From a virus, in the UHGV virus genome UHGV-0068935: a stretch of DNA of 34,543 nucleotides. One strand, written 5' to 3'. Of the stretch, positions 9,608 to 19,414 are shown one piece after another (position 1 is the stretch's first letter; every line of letters starts with the position of its first letter). The notes under the pieces were generated by a model. It saw only the letters and a program-made list of their open reading frames with translations, was not told where the DNA came from and did not search any database. The position numbers and the translations under genes are program-made.

Positions 9608-9871
9608 TCAGGAACGCCGCGACAGTAGTTCAAGCGCATACCGGCGATCTTCCGGGCACATGGCATCAACAAGAAACTTCACCATATTGCGACCGGAGCG
9701 GGCGCCGGGGCTGAGGGTATGGGAAAAGGTCATCGTACAGACGAAGGTATGCCCGCATTCGACATCACTGCATGCACAGTACAGATCCGCAAGTTCAGGG
9801 GTTTTCCAGTCTGTCTTCCGGATGACAGCAGGTGCGCCACAGTCCGGACACCGGGCTTTAAAAATCCGCAT
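9608..9871 (-). CDS. ogr: Ogr/Delta-family zinc-finger late-gene transcriptional activator
   Basis: C-x2-C-x22-C-x4-C spacing identical to P2 Ogr and the YCACSDVECGHTF motif matching P2 YHQCQNVNCSATF; GGGAGG RBS; start at internal Met MRIFKARCPDCG. Confidence 0.8.
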   Translation of the reverse strand: MRIFKARCPDCGAPAVIRKTDWKTPELADLYCACSDVECGHTFVCTMTFSHTLSPGARSGRNMVKFLVDAMCPEDRRYALELLSRRS

Positions 9872-9908
9872 CTTACCTCCCGATAACACGTATCCCGGGG
9901 AGGACATT

Positions 9909-10961
9909 TTACCCGACCGGCACCGCTTTTTCTTCCGCCACATGCCCGGCATCCACATCAAAACGAAGATAAAGGTGTTCCGGTATATCGGGATCGCTGT
10001 TCACGGCGTTCATGATTTTACGCTGAAGCGGTATCACCTCATCCTTGCGGTACGTTTCACGCGTCGTTTCCGGGTTAGGGATGGTGGCCCCGTTCGTGGG
10101 GATGATCCCCGCAAGACCGGCAGGAAAGCGGTGTGCCGTAAACACATCCTGGGCGCTGATCCCCTTGATGTTTGAAAATTCATCCTTGGCGCTCACCTCA
10201 CCAATCGGAATAATTTTCACCCCATCCGGCGAACCTTTGGGGATGTTGATGTACAGATTGCGGAAATTTCCCAGCCCCTTAGACTCCGCCACCTTCTCGC
10301 GGATCTCATCCTCCATCTCCGTGGTGATCCCCGGGTCGTTCGTATACAGCAAAAACCCCATATGCGCCCCGTTGTTGTAGTAACGGCGACGAAAAAGGCT
10401 GGCCTCGCTGTTCAGCAGCGCCGAGTGAATGCCACCGATATAATCCGGCAGCCCGTAAATTTGCTGACGCGGATCATACATCCGCAGAAAGATAATATCT
10501 TCCGGCGTATAGACCAGCGCGGGGCCTTCCTGAAGCACCACGAACTCACCGGTTTTGCGGCGCCGGAGATACAGCGACGGAAGCGGCTCAAGTGCCACGA
10601 CGTCGCCGAATACGTTACGCACCTTGAGCAGGGCGAGATCGCCGAACAACAGGTAGTCAAATACCGCCTGTTCCATCTGGTCCGTTGTGAGGCCACCACC
10701 GGTATAGCCCCCCGCCACCATGTTACGGCGGGCATACAACACCCCACCGTGCTGGGCGTTAAGGTTCGGGAGCTGCGCCAGTGCCAGGCGGTTAATCGGC
10801 AACTGCCAGTGGTTGTGTTCGTTGTCATACCAGATGTTATGGTAGTCCGTGCCGGTTGTCAGCACCGGTTCCGGCTGGCCAAAGGTGATTGTGCTGCCAC
10901 GTGCGGGCGTGAATGCTTTTTTCGTCACGCGTGACGTTTTGTTTCTGCGTTTCTTGCTCAT
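9909..10961 (-). CDS. Q: Portal protein, P2 gpQ-like
   Basis: 350 aa (P2 Q is 344), immediately downstream of terminase large subunit with ATGA overlap; start taken at internal Met MSKKRRNK. Confidence 0.8.
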   Translation of the reverse strand: MSKKRRNKTSRVTKKAFTPARGSTITFGQPEPVLTTGTDYHNIWYDNEHNHWQLPINRLALAQLPNLNAQHGGVLYARRNMVAGGYTGGGLTTDQMEQAVFDYLLFGDLALLKVRNVFGDVVALEPLPSLYLRRRKTGEFVVLQEGPALVYTPEDIIFLRMYDPRQQIYGLPDYIGGIHSALLNSEASLFRRRYYNNGAHMGFLLYTNDPGITTEMEDEIREKVAESKGLGNFRNLYINIPKGSPDGVKIIPIGEVSAKDEFSNIKGISAQDVFTAHRFPAGLAGIIPTNGATIPNPETTRETYRKDEVIPLQRKIMNAVNSDPDIPEHLYLRFDVDAGHVAEEKAVPVG

Positions 10962-12763
10962 GCGGCTTTCCCGAAGGCCCATGTGGACGGGCGTTCATAG
11001 TCATAATCTACAGGCTCATTAATCACGGCGTGCGAAATGGCAAAAAACACATCCGCATGCCCCGTAACATCCGACCGTTCCGCCACGAACGTCAGCGCGT
11101 TACCGCTTTTTGTGGTGGTGCGGCGTATGGACATGAACGACGCGGGGATCTCCGTGCGTTCACGGCTGGCCTCATCAATGGCGTCTTTCGCCCACTCGAT
11201 ACGCTTATGGGCCACCACGTCTATCATTTTCATCACCAGGCGGTTTTTGCTCTCCACGCTGTAAAGAATGGCGTTAGCCTCACGTGGCGCAAAGCGACTG
11301 ACGATATCAAACACCCCTTTCCCGATACCGGTGATATCTATGCCGATATAGGTAATGTTAAAACGCTGCATCAGTTCGCGGATCTGATCGGCCTGCCAGG
11401 TGAAGTTAAATCCCTGCCACTGCCAGACGGCGAGCACACGGAACCGCTCGCCCTCATGGACAGGCGGAGCCACAATTACAAACGTGGAATTATCCCCGGA
11501 CCTTGACGGGTCAAAGCCCGCCCACACCTCACGATTGCCGAACGGACGTGCCGCCGTGGGATCGTAGTCACCCCACGTCTCCATCTCCACCTCGCACCTG
11601 ACCAGTTCGGAGAACTTAAATACCGCATCCTTGCTGTCAACAAACTCGCAGCCGTACAGCATCGCGTAAGTGGTCGGATTGTAGCGGTTCCTGATACGTT
11701 CAATATCAACCCGAGCAGACAGGCCACCCGCCACCGCCTCTTCCAGCCGGATAATGTAGCGCCAGATCCCGTCAGGGCATTCACAGCCCACACGCATCGC
11801 GCTTTCTTTCGGAAACTCAACAGCACGACGCGCCGGGTCATCCCCGCGCCAGTCGTCACCATTCCAGACCAGATAAGCCTGGTGGGTTTTGGCGCTGGGT
11901 GTGGAAAAATACGTCGTGCGGTATTTGTCGTGGGTCGCCATTGCCGAGGCCACTTCATGCAGTCGCGTGAATTTTGGGATCCAGAACACCTCATCGCCGT
12001 AAAGGTGGCCGTTAAATCCCTGGGCGGTACTGGCATTGGTGGACAGGAAACGCAGCATTGCACCATTGCTCAGACGGATATGCTTACCCGTGAGCGTGAT
12101 CCCGAACTGCAGGGCGAAGTTAATAATATATTCACGGAAGATTTCCGCCTGTACCCGTGACGCAGAAAAGAAAATCTGGTTATCACCGGTCACCACCGCA
12201 TCTTCGAACGCCTCCCATGCAAAATACCAGGTCATGCCGATCTGGCGGCTCTTGAGGATGAAACGGCGCTCACGGTGCCGGTTCTCGCGGCAGTGCAGCT
12301 GGTAGGCATAAAGATTTTTACGCGCCCATTCATCCAGCATTTCAGCAGTCAGTCCGGAAACGTCGTTTTTCCGGTAGCGCCGCTTTTTCCCTTCTCCCCC
12401 GCCGCAGGTCCCCGCAGCCACGCCGTCCTCATGCCCTGCCGGACGCAGGGCGGCAATTTCCGCCATCCTTTCAGCGTGTTTGTTTTTCTGGGCGATGATC
12501 TTCACGTGCTGCGCGATAAGTTCACGCAGTTCGGCAAGTTCACACTCTGTCTTGCCCTCCCGTCCGGTCAGCACATCAATACGCCGGGCGATCACGTCCT
12601 CAACGGATTCAGCGGGCAGCAGGGTAGCCCACTGCCCCACATCACACCAGTGGTAAACCGTGCGCGGCGGAATACCGAGTTCCGCCGCAATATCGCGGGG
12701 GTGCCACCGCTTCAGGTAAAGCGATCGCGCCGCCTCTTTGATTTCATCAGAATATTTAGCCAT
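10958..12763 (-). CDS. P: Terminase large (ATPase) subunit, P2 gpP-like
   Basis: About 600 aa, divergent from the O-N-M-L operon as in P2; start ambiguous (12763 or 12784). Confidence 0.8.
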   Translation of the reverse strand: MAKYSDEIKEAARSLYLKRWHPRDIAAELGIPPRTVYHWCDVGQWATLLPAESVEDVIARRIDVLTGREGKTECELAELRELIAQHVKIIAQKNKHAERMAEIAALRPAGHEDGVAAGTCGGGEGKKRRYRKNDVSGLTAEMLDEWARKNLYAYQLHCRENRHRERRFILKSRQIGMTWYFAWEAFEDAVVTGDNQIFFSASRVQAEIFREYIINFALQFGITLTGKHIRLSNGAMLRFLSTNASTAQGFNGHLYGDEVFWIPKFTRLHEVASAMATHDKYRTTYFSTPSAKTHQAYLVWNGDDWRGDDPARRAVEFPKESAMRVGCECPDGIWRYIIRLEEAVAGGLSARVDIERIRNRYNPTTYAMLYGCEFVDSKDAVFKFSELVRCEVEMETWGDYDPTAARPFGNREVWAGFDPSRSGDNSTFVIVAPPVHEGERFRVLAVWQWQGFNFTWQADQIRELMQRFNITYIGIDITGIGKGVFDIVSRFAPREANAILYSVESKNRLVMKMIDVVAHKRIEWAKDAIDEASRERTEIPASFMSIRRTTTKSGNALTFVAERSDVTGHADVFFAISHAVINEPVDYDYERPSTWAFGKAA

Positions 12764-12811
12764 GCGCCCATTATGGCGGCGCATCCGGCCCGCATTCAGG
12801 CAGAAAATTTC

Positions 12812-12849
12812 GGCTGTGTTCGGCTATCCCGCGTTATCCGAAGACAGCC
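12812..12849. promoter_or_regulatory. 12-bp imperfect inverted repeat (GGCTGTGTTCGG ... CCGAAGACAGCC) in divergent P/O late promoter region
   Basis: 11 of 12 bp complementary arms separated by 14 bp, centred about 100 bp upstream of the O start codon. Confidence 0.3.
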
Positions 12850-12929
12850 GAATTCAGCCAGTAGCCCCCCGCTGTAAAAATCCCGACACTCACCGGAGTT
12901 CTTCAGATTTTCACGTAAAAGAGGCCACG

Positions 12930-13979
12930 ATGCCGCAGCCAACGTTGATGACCGACTGGATATGTATCGCCACATCAGGACCGACCGTTGACGGCCGCGA
13001 AATTGATCCGCAGTGGCTGACTGATGCCGCTGAAACCTATTCCCGCAACACTTACACGGCGCTGCTGTGGCCCTGGCATGAGGAAGAAATCGGACACCGC
13101 CAGTACACCAGTAATCTGGGTGAAGTGGACTCACTGAAAGCGGAAACCGGCGAGGACGGTAAAACCCGCCTCTACGCACGGCTGGTCCCTAACCAGTACC
13201 TGATTGAAGCCAACAGACTGGGGCAGAAGCTGTTCACATCCGCCGAGATAGTGGAGAACTTCGCCCGGAGCGGACGCGACTATCTCCTGGGCGTGGCGGT
13301 GACGGATATCCCTGCCAGTCTGGGGACGGAAAAAATCCGCTTCACCCTGAACAACGAGGAATACACGGCACAGAGGGCGAACTGCCAGACGTTCACGCTG
13401 GGCAGCCTGTCACCGGACACCTCCCCTGCCCCCCGTAAACCTGAATCATTCCTGAAACGCCTGTTCAGCGCAGGACAGACCGACAACACCGATACCAGTA
13501 AGCCTGATACAGGCGAGGACGCAAAAATGGACGAAATTAAAGCACTGCTTGAAAAGCTGATCACCCTGGTGGAAGGAGGCAGCGCCGCTGCCGCTGGCGA
13601 GGGCACAGCAGACACACCGGAAGAAGCAAAAGCCGAAGTCGCGGAAATCGCCGCCGAAATCGCCGATGCCGCCGCAGAGGTGGCAGAGCTGGCAGAAGAG
13701 GTGGAAGCCGCCCCGGAAGATGAGGTTAAGGCTGAAGCCTTCAGCGCCGCGAAAGCGAAGCTGGAAGACGCGATTAAAGCGTTCAGTGCCATCACACCGG
13801 AAAAAGGCGAACGTTACCGCCGCTTTGCCGCCCGTCGCCGGGACGACACCGACAAAGAAGAAATCAAAGCCATTGCCGAAAAACTTAACGACCTGACCAC
13901 GAAGCTGTCAGCCACCGGCATCACGCCACGCCCGGCTGGCACACCGGCAGAAAGCGAAAAACCGTTTGACTTTGTTTAA
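12930..13979 (+). CDS. O: Capsid scaffolding protein, P2 gpO-like
   Basis: Position between P and N; AAAAGAGG RBS; Ala/Glu-rich segment typical of scaffolds; ORF-track start 12738 rejected in favour of the RBS-supported ATG. Confidence 0.75.
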   Translation: MPQPTLMTDWICIATSGPTVDGREIDPQWLTDAAETYSRNTYTALLWPWHEEEIGHRQYTSNLGEVDSLKAETGEDGKTRLYARLVPNQYLIEANRLGQKLFTSAEIVENFARSGRDYLLGVAVTDIPASLGTEKIRFTLNNEEYTAQRANCQTFTLGSLSPDTSPAPRKPESFLKRLFSAGQTDNTDTSKPDTGEDAKMDEIKALLEKLITLVEGGSAAAAGEGTADTPEEAKAEVAEIAAEIADAAAEVAELAEEVEAAPEDEVKAEAFSAAKAKLEDAIKAFSAITPEKGERYRRFAARRRDDTDKEEIKAIAEKLNDLTTKLSATGITPRPAGTPAESEKPFDFV

Positions 13980-13990
13980 GGACACGCAAC

Positions 13991-15010
13991 ATGCAACTGA
14001 ACCAGAAAACCGAATCACTGCTTCGTAAGTACGCTGCCGGGCTGGGCGCGGCAAACGGGGTTGACGACGTCACACGCTATTTTGCGCTGTCTGACCCGAA
14101 GGAGACCGCGCTGCGTGACGCCATCATGCACTCCGACGAGTTTTTATCAAAACTGCCGAACGTGCTGGATGTTGAACAGGTGACAGGCCAGGTGGTTACC
14201 ACCGGCGTTCCGGGCCTCCATACCGGACGTAAAAAAAATGCCCGCTTCACCCTTCCGCTGGGTGTTACCGGGAATGAATACAAGCTGGCTGAAACCGATT
14301 CCGGCGCCCACCTCCTGTACACCACACTGGTCACCTGGGCGAACGCAGGAAGTGAAAACGAGTTCTTTAACCGCATTCAGAATTTCGTTAACAGACAGAT
14401 TGCGCTGGATATCCTGCGCATCGCCTTTAACGGTACCAGCGTGGCCGAAGATACCGACCCGGTAACCAACAAAAACGGCGAGGACGTCAACACCGGCTGG
14501 CATGCCATCGTCAAAGGCCGCAGCGCAAAACAGATCGTGGAGGCTGGCCCGACGCTGGGCAAGGGTGGCGACTTTATCGGGCTGGATGCAGCCGTGGCAG
14601 ACCTCGTGCATACCCTCATTGATGAGTCATATCGCGGTCATCCGGATCTGGTGGTACTGGTTGCGCCCGACCTTGTGGCACAGGACAAGGTGACGCTGCT
14701 TAACGCCATCGACGCCCCCACGGAAAAAGTGGCCGCACAGCTTATCGGTCGCCAGATCGCCGGGCTGACAGCATACACCCCGCCGTTCATGCCGGAAGGG
14801 CGCCTGATTGTCACCACGCTGGCAAACCTTCACATCTACACGCAGCGCGGCACCCGTCAGCGCCGTGCGGAGTGGAACGACGATCGCAAGCGTTTTGAAA
14901 ACAACTATCTGCGCATGGAAGGTTACGCCGTGGAGCACGACGAAATTTACGCGGCCTACGACAAACTGACCATCAAGGGCGCAGAAGCCGTACCAGGCGT
15001 CGGCGGCTGA
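13991..15010 (+). CDS. N: Major capsid protein, P2 gpN-like
   Basis: GKGGDFIGLDAAVADLVHTLIDESYRGHPDLVVLVAPDLVAQDK resembles my memory of the P2 N region GKGGDYASLDALVMDATNNLIEPWYQEDPDLVVIVG. Confidence 0.8.
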   Translation: MQLNQKTESLLRKYAAGLGAANGVDDVTRYFALSDPKETALRDAIMHSDEFLSKLPNVLDVEQVTGQVVTTGVPGLHTGRKKNARFTLPLGVTGNEYKLAETDSGAHLLYTTLVTWANAGSENEFFNRIQNFVNRQIALDILRIAFNGTSVAEDTDPVTNKNGEDVNTGWHAIVKGRSAKQIVEAGPTLGKGGDFIGLDAAVADLVHTLIDESYRGHPDLVVLVAPDLVAQDKVTLLNAIDAPTEKVAAQLIGRQIAGLTAYTPPFMPEGRLIVTTLANLHIYTQRGTRQRRAEWNDDRKRFENNYLRMEGYAVEHDEIYAAYDKLTIKGAEAVPGVGG

Positions 15011-15027
15011 GGACGGAGGGCGGCGCA

Positions 15028-15726
15028 ATGACACCCTGCCAGCGGCACCGGGCGAAAATCCGCACACAGGAGGCACTCGAACGCCGGGAGGCGCTGACGG
15101 CCTCCCCGGTCAGCTTCCACCTGTTACGCGCGGAGCTTGATCGCGATGTGGCACGGCTGCGCAGTCTTCCGGTCCGCGAAGAGCGGCTGGCGTTCAAGCG
15201 CGACATTCTCCTGCCGCGCTGGCTGCCCGTCGCGGAGCGCTATATCACTGACGGAAAGCGCCACGCCTGCCCGGTACTGGTGTACTGCATCATCTGGCTG
15301 TTCGACACGGGCGACCTGAGTCGCGCCCTTGACTGGGCAGACATTGCCATCAGTGAAGGCCAGGCCACACCGGACAACTTCCGCAGCACCCTGCCCGCCT
15401 TCGTGGCAGACACGGTGCTGCAGTGGGCCACCGACAACAGCGAGGCCGGACACAGCATAGAACCGTATTTTTCGCGCACCTTCAGGAACGTCACCACCTC
15501 GTGGCGGCTGCATGAGGAAATCCGCGCGAAGTGGTTCAGATTTGCCGGGCTGTATCTTCTGCGCGACGAGGCGGGCAAACCGAGAGCCACCGCGATTAAT
15601 GATACTGCCGTACTGGAAAAGGCAGACGCATACCTGGCACAGGCGGCAGCACTGAGCCGTACCGCTGGCGTAAAAAGTATCAGGGCGCGCATCAGGGCAC
15701 GCATCAGCGCCCTTAATGCAGCGTAA
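15028..15726 (+). CDS. M: Terminase small (endonuclease) subunit, P2 gpM-like
   Basis: 232 aa (P2 M is 247), position after N. Confidence 0.7.
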   Translation: MTPCQRHRAKIRTQEALERREALTASPVSFHLLRAELDRDVARLRSLPVREERLAFKRDILLPRWLPVAERYITDGKRHACPVLVYCIIWLFDTGDLSRALDWADIAISEGQATPDNFRSTLPAFVADTVLQWATDNSEAGHSIEPYFSRTFRNVTTSWRLHEEIRAKWFRFAGLYLLRDEAGKPRATAINDTAVLEKADAYLAQAAALSRTAGVKSIRARIRARISALNAA

Positions 15727-15833
15727 ACGACTACCCGCAGGGCCGGGCGGGCGCGGGAGGAGGCATCAGTGACGGAAACTGTATGGCCGTGGAATCCCGG
15801 ACAGCCCGCCTTTTTATTCATATGAGGCACGTC

Positions 15834-16307
15834 ATGAGCGAACCGAGCTTCAGCGTCAGCGGTAAACCGCTGAAATCCACACCGCAGACGGTGACAAACG
15901 GCGAGCCGTTCTGGCCGGACCTTGATCTGGCTGAGCTTCAGGGGTCACGCACGCTTCCGGCTGATTTACCCGACGACACGGCGGCCATGGCGCTGCTTGC
16001 CGCAGTGGCCGAGGTGAACACCACGCTGGCGCAGGTTGTGGTGCACTGGAAGGCGCAGGGGCATGAACGCGCCGCAGACGTACCGGGGGCCAGGCTGGGC
16101 GATGAAACCCAGCTGGTCGCACAGTACAAAAAGGCCGTTTATGCCCGTGCCAAGGCCGATCTTATGGGCGAGTTCGCCACCATTGGTCGCCGTGAAACCT
16201 ATCCGGGGCAGGAAAGCGAGGACACACGCGCCACCTTACTGGCTGAAGCCTCGCTGGTCATGCGTAACATGCTGGGGCACAGACGCGCGGGAGTGCACAT
16301 CATATGA
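15834..16307 (+). CDS. L: Head completion protein, P2 gpL-like
   Basis: 157 aa after M; GAGG RBS before internal ATG 15834 (track start 15783). Confidence 0.65.
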   Translation: MSEPSFSVSGKPLKSTPQTVTNGEPFWPDLDLAELQGSRTLPADLPDDTAAMALLAAVAEVNTTLAQVVVHWKAQGHERAADVPGARLGDETQLVAQYKKAVYARAKADLMGEFATIGRRETYPGQESEDTRATLLAEASLVMRNMLGHRRAGVHII

Positions 16308-16777
16308 ACCAGCTGGAAAGCCTGACCGCCTTCATTACCGAAAATCTGCCGCCTGACGCCATGCAGTTCTTCATGAGCAGTCAGGAAGACGCGCAGCTTA
16401 TCCGCAGTCAGAAGGCGCTGGGTAACGACCAGATCCGCATGGGCGTGATGACGTACACCGGCGTGATTGCATGGGATAACTTCCCGTTCCGCAAATACTC
16501 ACCGGGGCTGGTTTACGCGCTGGTCATGGCCTGGCTGGAAGAGCACGCGGACCCGCTGAGGGAGGAATTCCGCCCGGAGGATGTGAACGTCGACCCGCAG
16601 TTTAACGATGAGGACTCGTGCCTTCTCGATATCACGGTGGGACTGGCTGACCCGCTGATCATCCGGGTGCAGGAAGACGGCCCCGTTCCGTACAGGGGGA
16701 AACGCTGGACACTGGTTAACCCTGAAATCTGGACGGCGGAAACCATGGATCTGTTTGTCAGCAGGAGCCGCGAATGA
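16304..16777 (+). CDS. Tail completion protein, P2 gpR-like
   Basis: LVYALVMAWLEEHADPL resembles P2 R LIVPVLAWLRENQPDIM; 157 aa versus 155 in P2; ATGA overlap with L. Confidence 0.5.
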   Translation: MNQLESLTAFITENLPPDAMQFFMSSQEDAQLIRSQKALGNDQIRMGVMTYTGVIAWDNFPFRKYSPGLVYALVMAWLEEHADPLREEFRPEDVNVDPQFNDEDSCLLDITVGLADPLIIRVQEDGPVPYRGKRWTLVNPEIWTAETMDLFVSRSRE

Positions 16778-17484
16778 TAAGCGGCCAGCTGAACCCGCAG
16801 CAGCTGGCAGAAGCGCAGGCGATGCTTCAGTCGCTGGATCTGCCACCAAAAAAACGCCGTCGCCTGTTATGGCGTATTGCCCGGCACGGCATTATCGCCG
16901 CTGCCAGACGCCATCAGCGCGATCAGGCCGCACCGGACGGTACAGCATGGGCACCCAGGAAACGCGGTAAGGGGAAAATGTTCAGAAAGCTGCCGCGTCT
17001 TCTGGCGGTCCGTGAGATGCCCGGACAGGATGCCGTAAAGGTTTATTTCCGTAACGGCAATCACACCAGTGGCAGGAGCCGCATCAGTGCCGGTGCCGTG
17101 GGCTGGGTTCACCACAACGGCGCAGAAATCCGGGTCAGTGCTGACAGCTTCAGCGGTCAGGACCAGAGCGGACAGACCGCCACCCGCCGACAGGCAAAAC
17201 GACTGCGGGTGCTGGGCTTTAAGGTACGTCAGAAGGGGCGCTGGCGGAAAGCATCCATGAAATACCTGTTAACGCTTTCGCGGGCGCAGGCCGGGTTGCT
17301 GATCACCGTTATGGAAGATCAGATTATCGCCGGACCACGTCAGCAGAAGGCCCGGACATGGACCATTACCCTTCCGTCGCGCGTCTTTCTGGGGGTAACA
17401 AACGAAGAATTTTCACACATCCTGGCACGCCAGATGAACGCAATGGGCTACGGCCTGGACGTTGACGCACAGGATATCAGATAA
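16774..17484 (+). CDS. Putative virion morphogenesis / tail completion protein (gpS-like)
   Basis: Position after the R-like gene; basic 236-aa protein; ATGA overlap. Confidence 0.4.
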   Translation: MISGQLNPQQLAEAQAMLQSLDLPPKKRRRLLWRIARHGIIAAARRHQRDQAAPDGTAWAPRKRGKGKMFRKLPRLLAVREMPGQDAVKVYFRNGNHTSGRSRISAGAVGWVHHNGAEIRVSADSFSGQDQSGQTATRRQAKRLRVLGFKVRQKGRWRKASMKYLLTLSRAQAGLLITVMEDQIIAGPRQQKARTWTITLPSRVFLGVTNEEFSHILARQMNAMGYGLDVDAQDIR

Positions 17485-17495
17485 GGAGTCACACC

Positions 17496-18641
17496 GTGAG
17501 CTGGCCGAATGTAACCGTAAGCCATCAGAACCGTTTCAACGGTGCCACCCGTGAAGTGGAGCGCACGCTGCTTTTTGTGGGCTATGGCAAAAAGAACACA
17601 GGTAACACCCTTTCCGTCTCCCCTGAGACCGACCTGGACGACGTGCTGGGACCGGATGAAAGCCTGCTTAAATCCACGCTTACCGCCGCAATCGCCAACG
17701 GTGGCCAGAACTGGTTTGCCTATGTTCACGTTCTGTCTGAACCCAAACCCCCGGCACCGGAGGGCGGCGACGCTAACGCCGCATGGGTGGACGCGGTGAA
17801 AAAAGCGCAGACCATTGCTTCTGCCGAGGGCGTGGTGATTGCCATTGACATCACGGCCAAAGATGCCGTTAACCGCGCCACCGAAACCCGCGCCCTGCTT
17901 CAGTCCGCTTATGGCCGTTTTGTCTGGTTCATGCTGTGCGTGGCCGGACCGGGCAAGGATGAGGCATGGGCGGCATACGTCACCCGCATCAGTGCCATAC
18001 AGGACGGCGTGGCAGCACCTGGCGTGATGGTGGTTCCCCGCTTATGGGGAAATGAGCCCGGCGTACTGGCGGGCCGTCTCTGTAATCCTTCCGTCACCGT
18101 TGCGGACAGTCCGGCACGTGTGGCAACCGGTGCCCTGGTGGCGATGGGTAACGATGAGATCCCGCAGGACGGCAAGAAACAGCCCCTTGAGCTGGCCACG
18201 CTGCGCTCGCTGGAAGGCAAACGCTTCAGCGTGCCCATGTGGTATCACGATTTCGACGGGCTCTACTGGTCAGACGGACGCACCCTTGATGTGGAGGGGG
18301 GAGATTACCAGGTCATCGAAAACGTGCGCGTGGTGGATAAAGTCTCCCGCCGTGTACGTCTGCGCGCCATTGCCCGCCTTGCGGATCGCGCACTCAACAG
18401 CACACCGGGCAGCATTGCCGCCAGCCAGACATATTTCAGCCGCACGCTGCGTGAAATGGCGCTCGCCACGGAGATTAACGGCGTACCGTTCCCCGGCGAG
18501 GTTAAACCGCCACAGGACGGGGATATCACCATCGTCTGGACCAGCAGTACACACGTGCAGATTTACATTGTGGTACGCCCCTACGAGAGCGCAAAAGCCA
18601 TTGGCGTAAGTATTGAACTCGACACAGCACTGGAGATCTGA
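17496..18641 (+). CDS. Putative tail sheath protein (non-P2 type)
   Basis: 381 aa, GTG start with AAGGAG RBS, directly upstream of tube-like gene; no similarity to P2 FI noted. Confidence 0.4.
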   Translation: MSWPNVTVSHQNRFNGATREVERTLLFVGYGKKNTGNTLSVSPETDLDDVLGPDESLLKSTLTAAIANGGQNWFAYVHVLSEPKPPAPEGGDANAAWVDAVKKAQTIASAEGVVIAIDITAKDAVNRATETRALLQSAYGRFVWFMLCVAGPGKDEAWAAYVTRISAIQDGVAAPGVMVVPRLWGNEPGVLAGRLCNPSVTVADSPARVATGALVAMGNDEIPQDGKKQPLELATLRSLEGKRFSVPMWYHDFDGLYWSDGRTLDVEGGDYQVIENVRVVDKVSRRVRLRAIARLADRALNSTPGSIAASQTYFSRTLREMALATEINGVPFPGEVKPPQDGDITIVWTSSTHVQIYIVVRPYESAKAIGVSIELDTALEI

Positions 18642-18642
18642 C

Positions 18643-19104
18643 ATGGCCGGAAATGAACGTATCAGCGGCGGCGCGTTTGATATCAACTACGACGGGATCA
18701 TGATCCACGTGGAAAGCGCCACCGTCACCATCACCGACAACAGCGCCGTGGCACAGACGCGCGGCGTGCCGAACGGCTACACCCGTGGTTCCGTTTCTGC
18801 CGATGTGGAGGTGGAAGTCGACGCGCAGAACTTTAAAAAGTTTGGTGCCGTGGCCCGCTCTGCGGGGTCGTGGCGTGCCATTCCTGAAAAGGATTTTCTC
18901 TTTTATGCCAACAACGGCAGCGAGGAGGAAAAAATCGAGGTATTCGGCTGCGTCCCCATGTTGTCGGACGTGGTGAACATCAGCGCAGGTGAAGCCGGAA
19001 AGACCACGAAAAAAATCAAGTTCATGGTCACAAGCCCGGACTTTATCAGCATTGACGGCGTGCCCTACCTGTCAGCCCGTGACACCCGCGATCTGAAGGG
19101 GTGA
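18643..19104 (+). CDS. Putative tail tube protein
   Basis: About 153 aa, beta-rich, follows the sheath-like gene; GGAG RBS. Confidence 0.4.
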   Translation: MAGNERISGGAFDINYDGIMIHVESATVTITDNSAVAQTRGVPNGYTRGSVSADVEVEVDAQNFKKFGAVARSAGSWRAIPEKDFLFYANNGSEEEKIEVFGCVPMLSDVVNISAGEAGKTTKKIKFMVTSPDFISIDGVPYLSARDTRDLKG

Positions 19105-19108
19105 TGCC

Positions 19109-19414
19109 ATGCCGGACGGTCAGACTTCACTCCTGGCAAAACTGATTATCATCGGTGCTGCCATCGGGCTGGGGCGTCTCATGGTGAGCCGCGATCGCAT
19201 CACAGCCCGTCTGCTTATCGGGCGAATGATTATGGGCTCTGCCGTGGCACCGGTTGCCGCCATTCCGCTGTTTAAATTTCCGGACATGCCGGAGCTGGTT
19301 GTGGTCGGTCTGGCGTGCGCGCTGGGCATTATGGGCAGCGCCTTTATTGAAGAATGCTTTTGCCGTCTGGCAGACCGCTACCTGAAGCAGAAGGAACGCA
19401 GAAATGACCCATAA
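19109..19414 (+). CDS. Putative holin / small membrane protein (101 aa, multiple TM segments)
   Basis: Hydrophobic segments LLAKLIIIGAAIGLG, IMGSAVAPVAAIPLF and LVVVGLACALGIMGSAFI; located upstream of the endolysin. Confidence 0.4.
   Translation: MPDGQTSLLAKLIIIGAAIGLGRLMVSRDRITARLLIGRMIMGSAVAPVAAIPLFKFPDMPELVVVGLACALGIMGSAFIEECFCRLADRYLKQKERRNDP

Noticed and set aside
13540-13760. Ala/Glu-rich low-complexity repeat in the scaffold gene
   Set aside because: Compositional bias of this kind is normal for capsid scaffolding proteins; not an independent repeat element.
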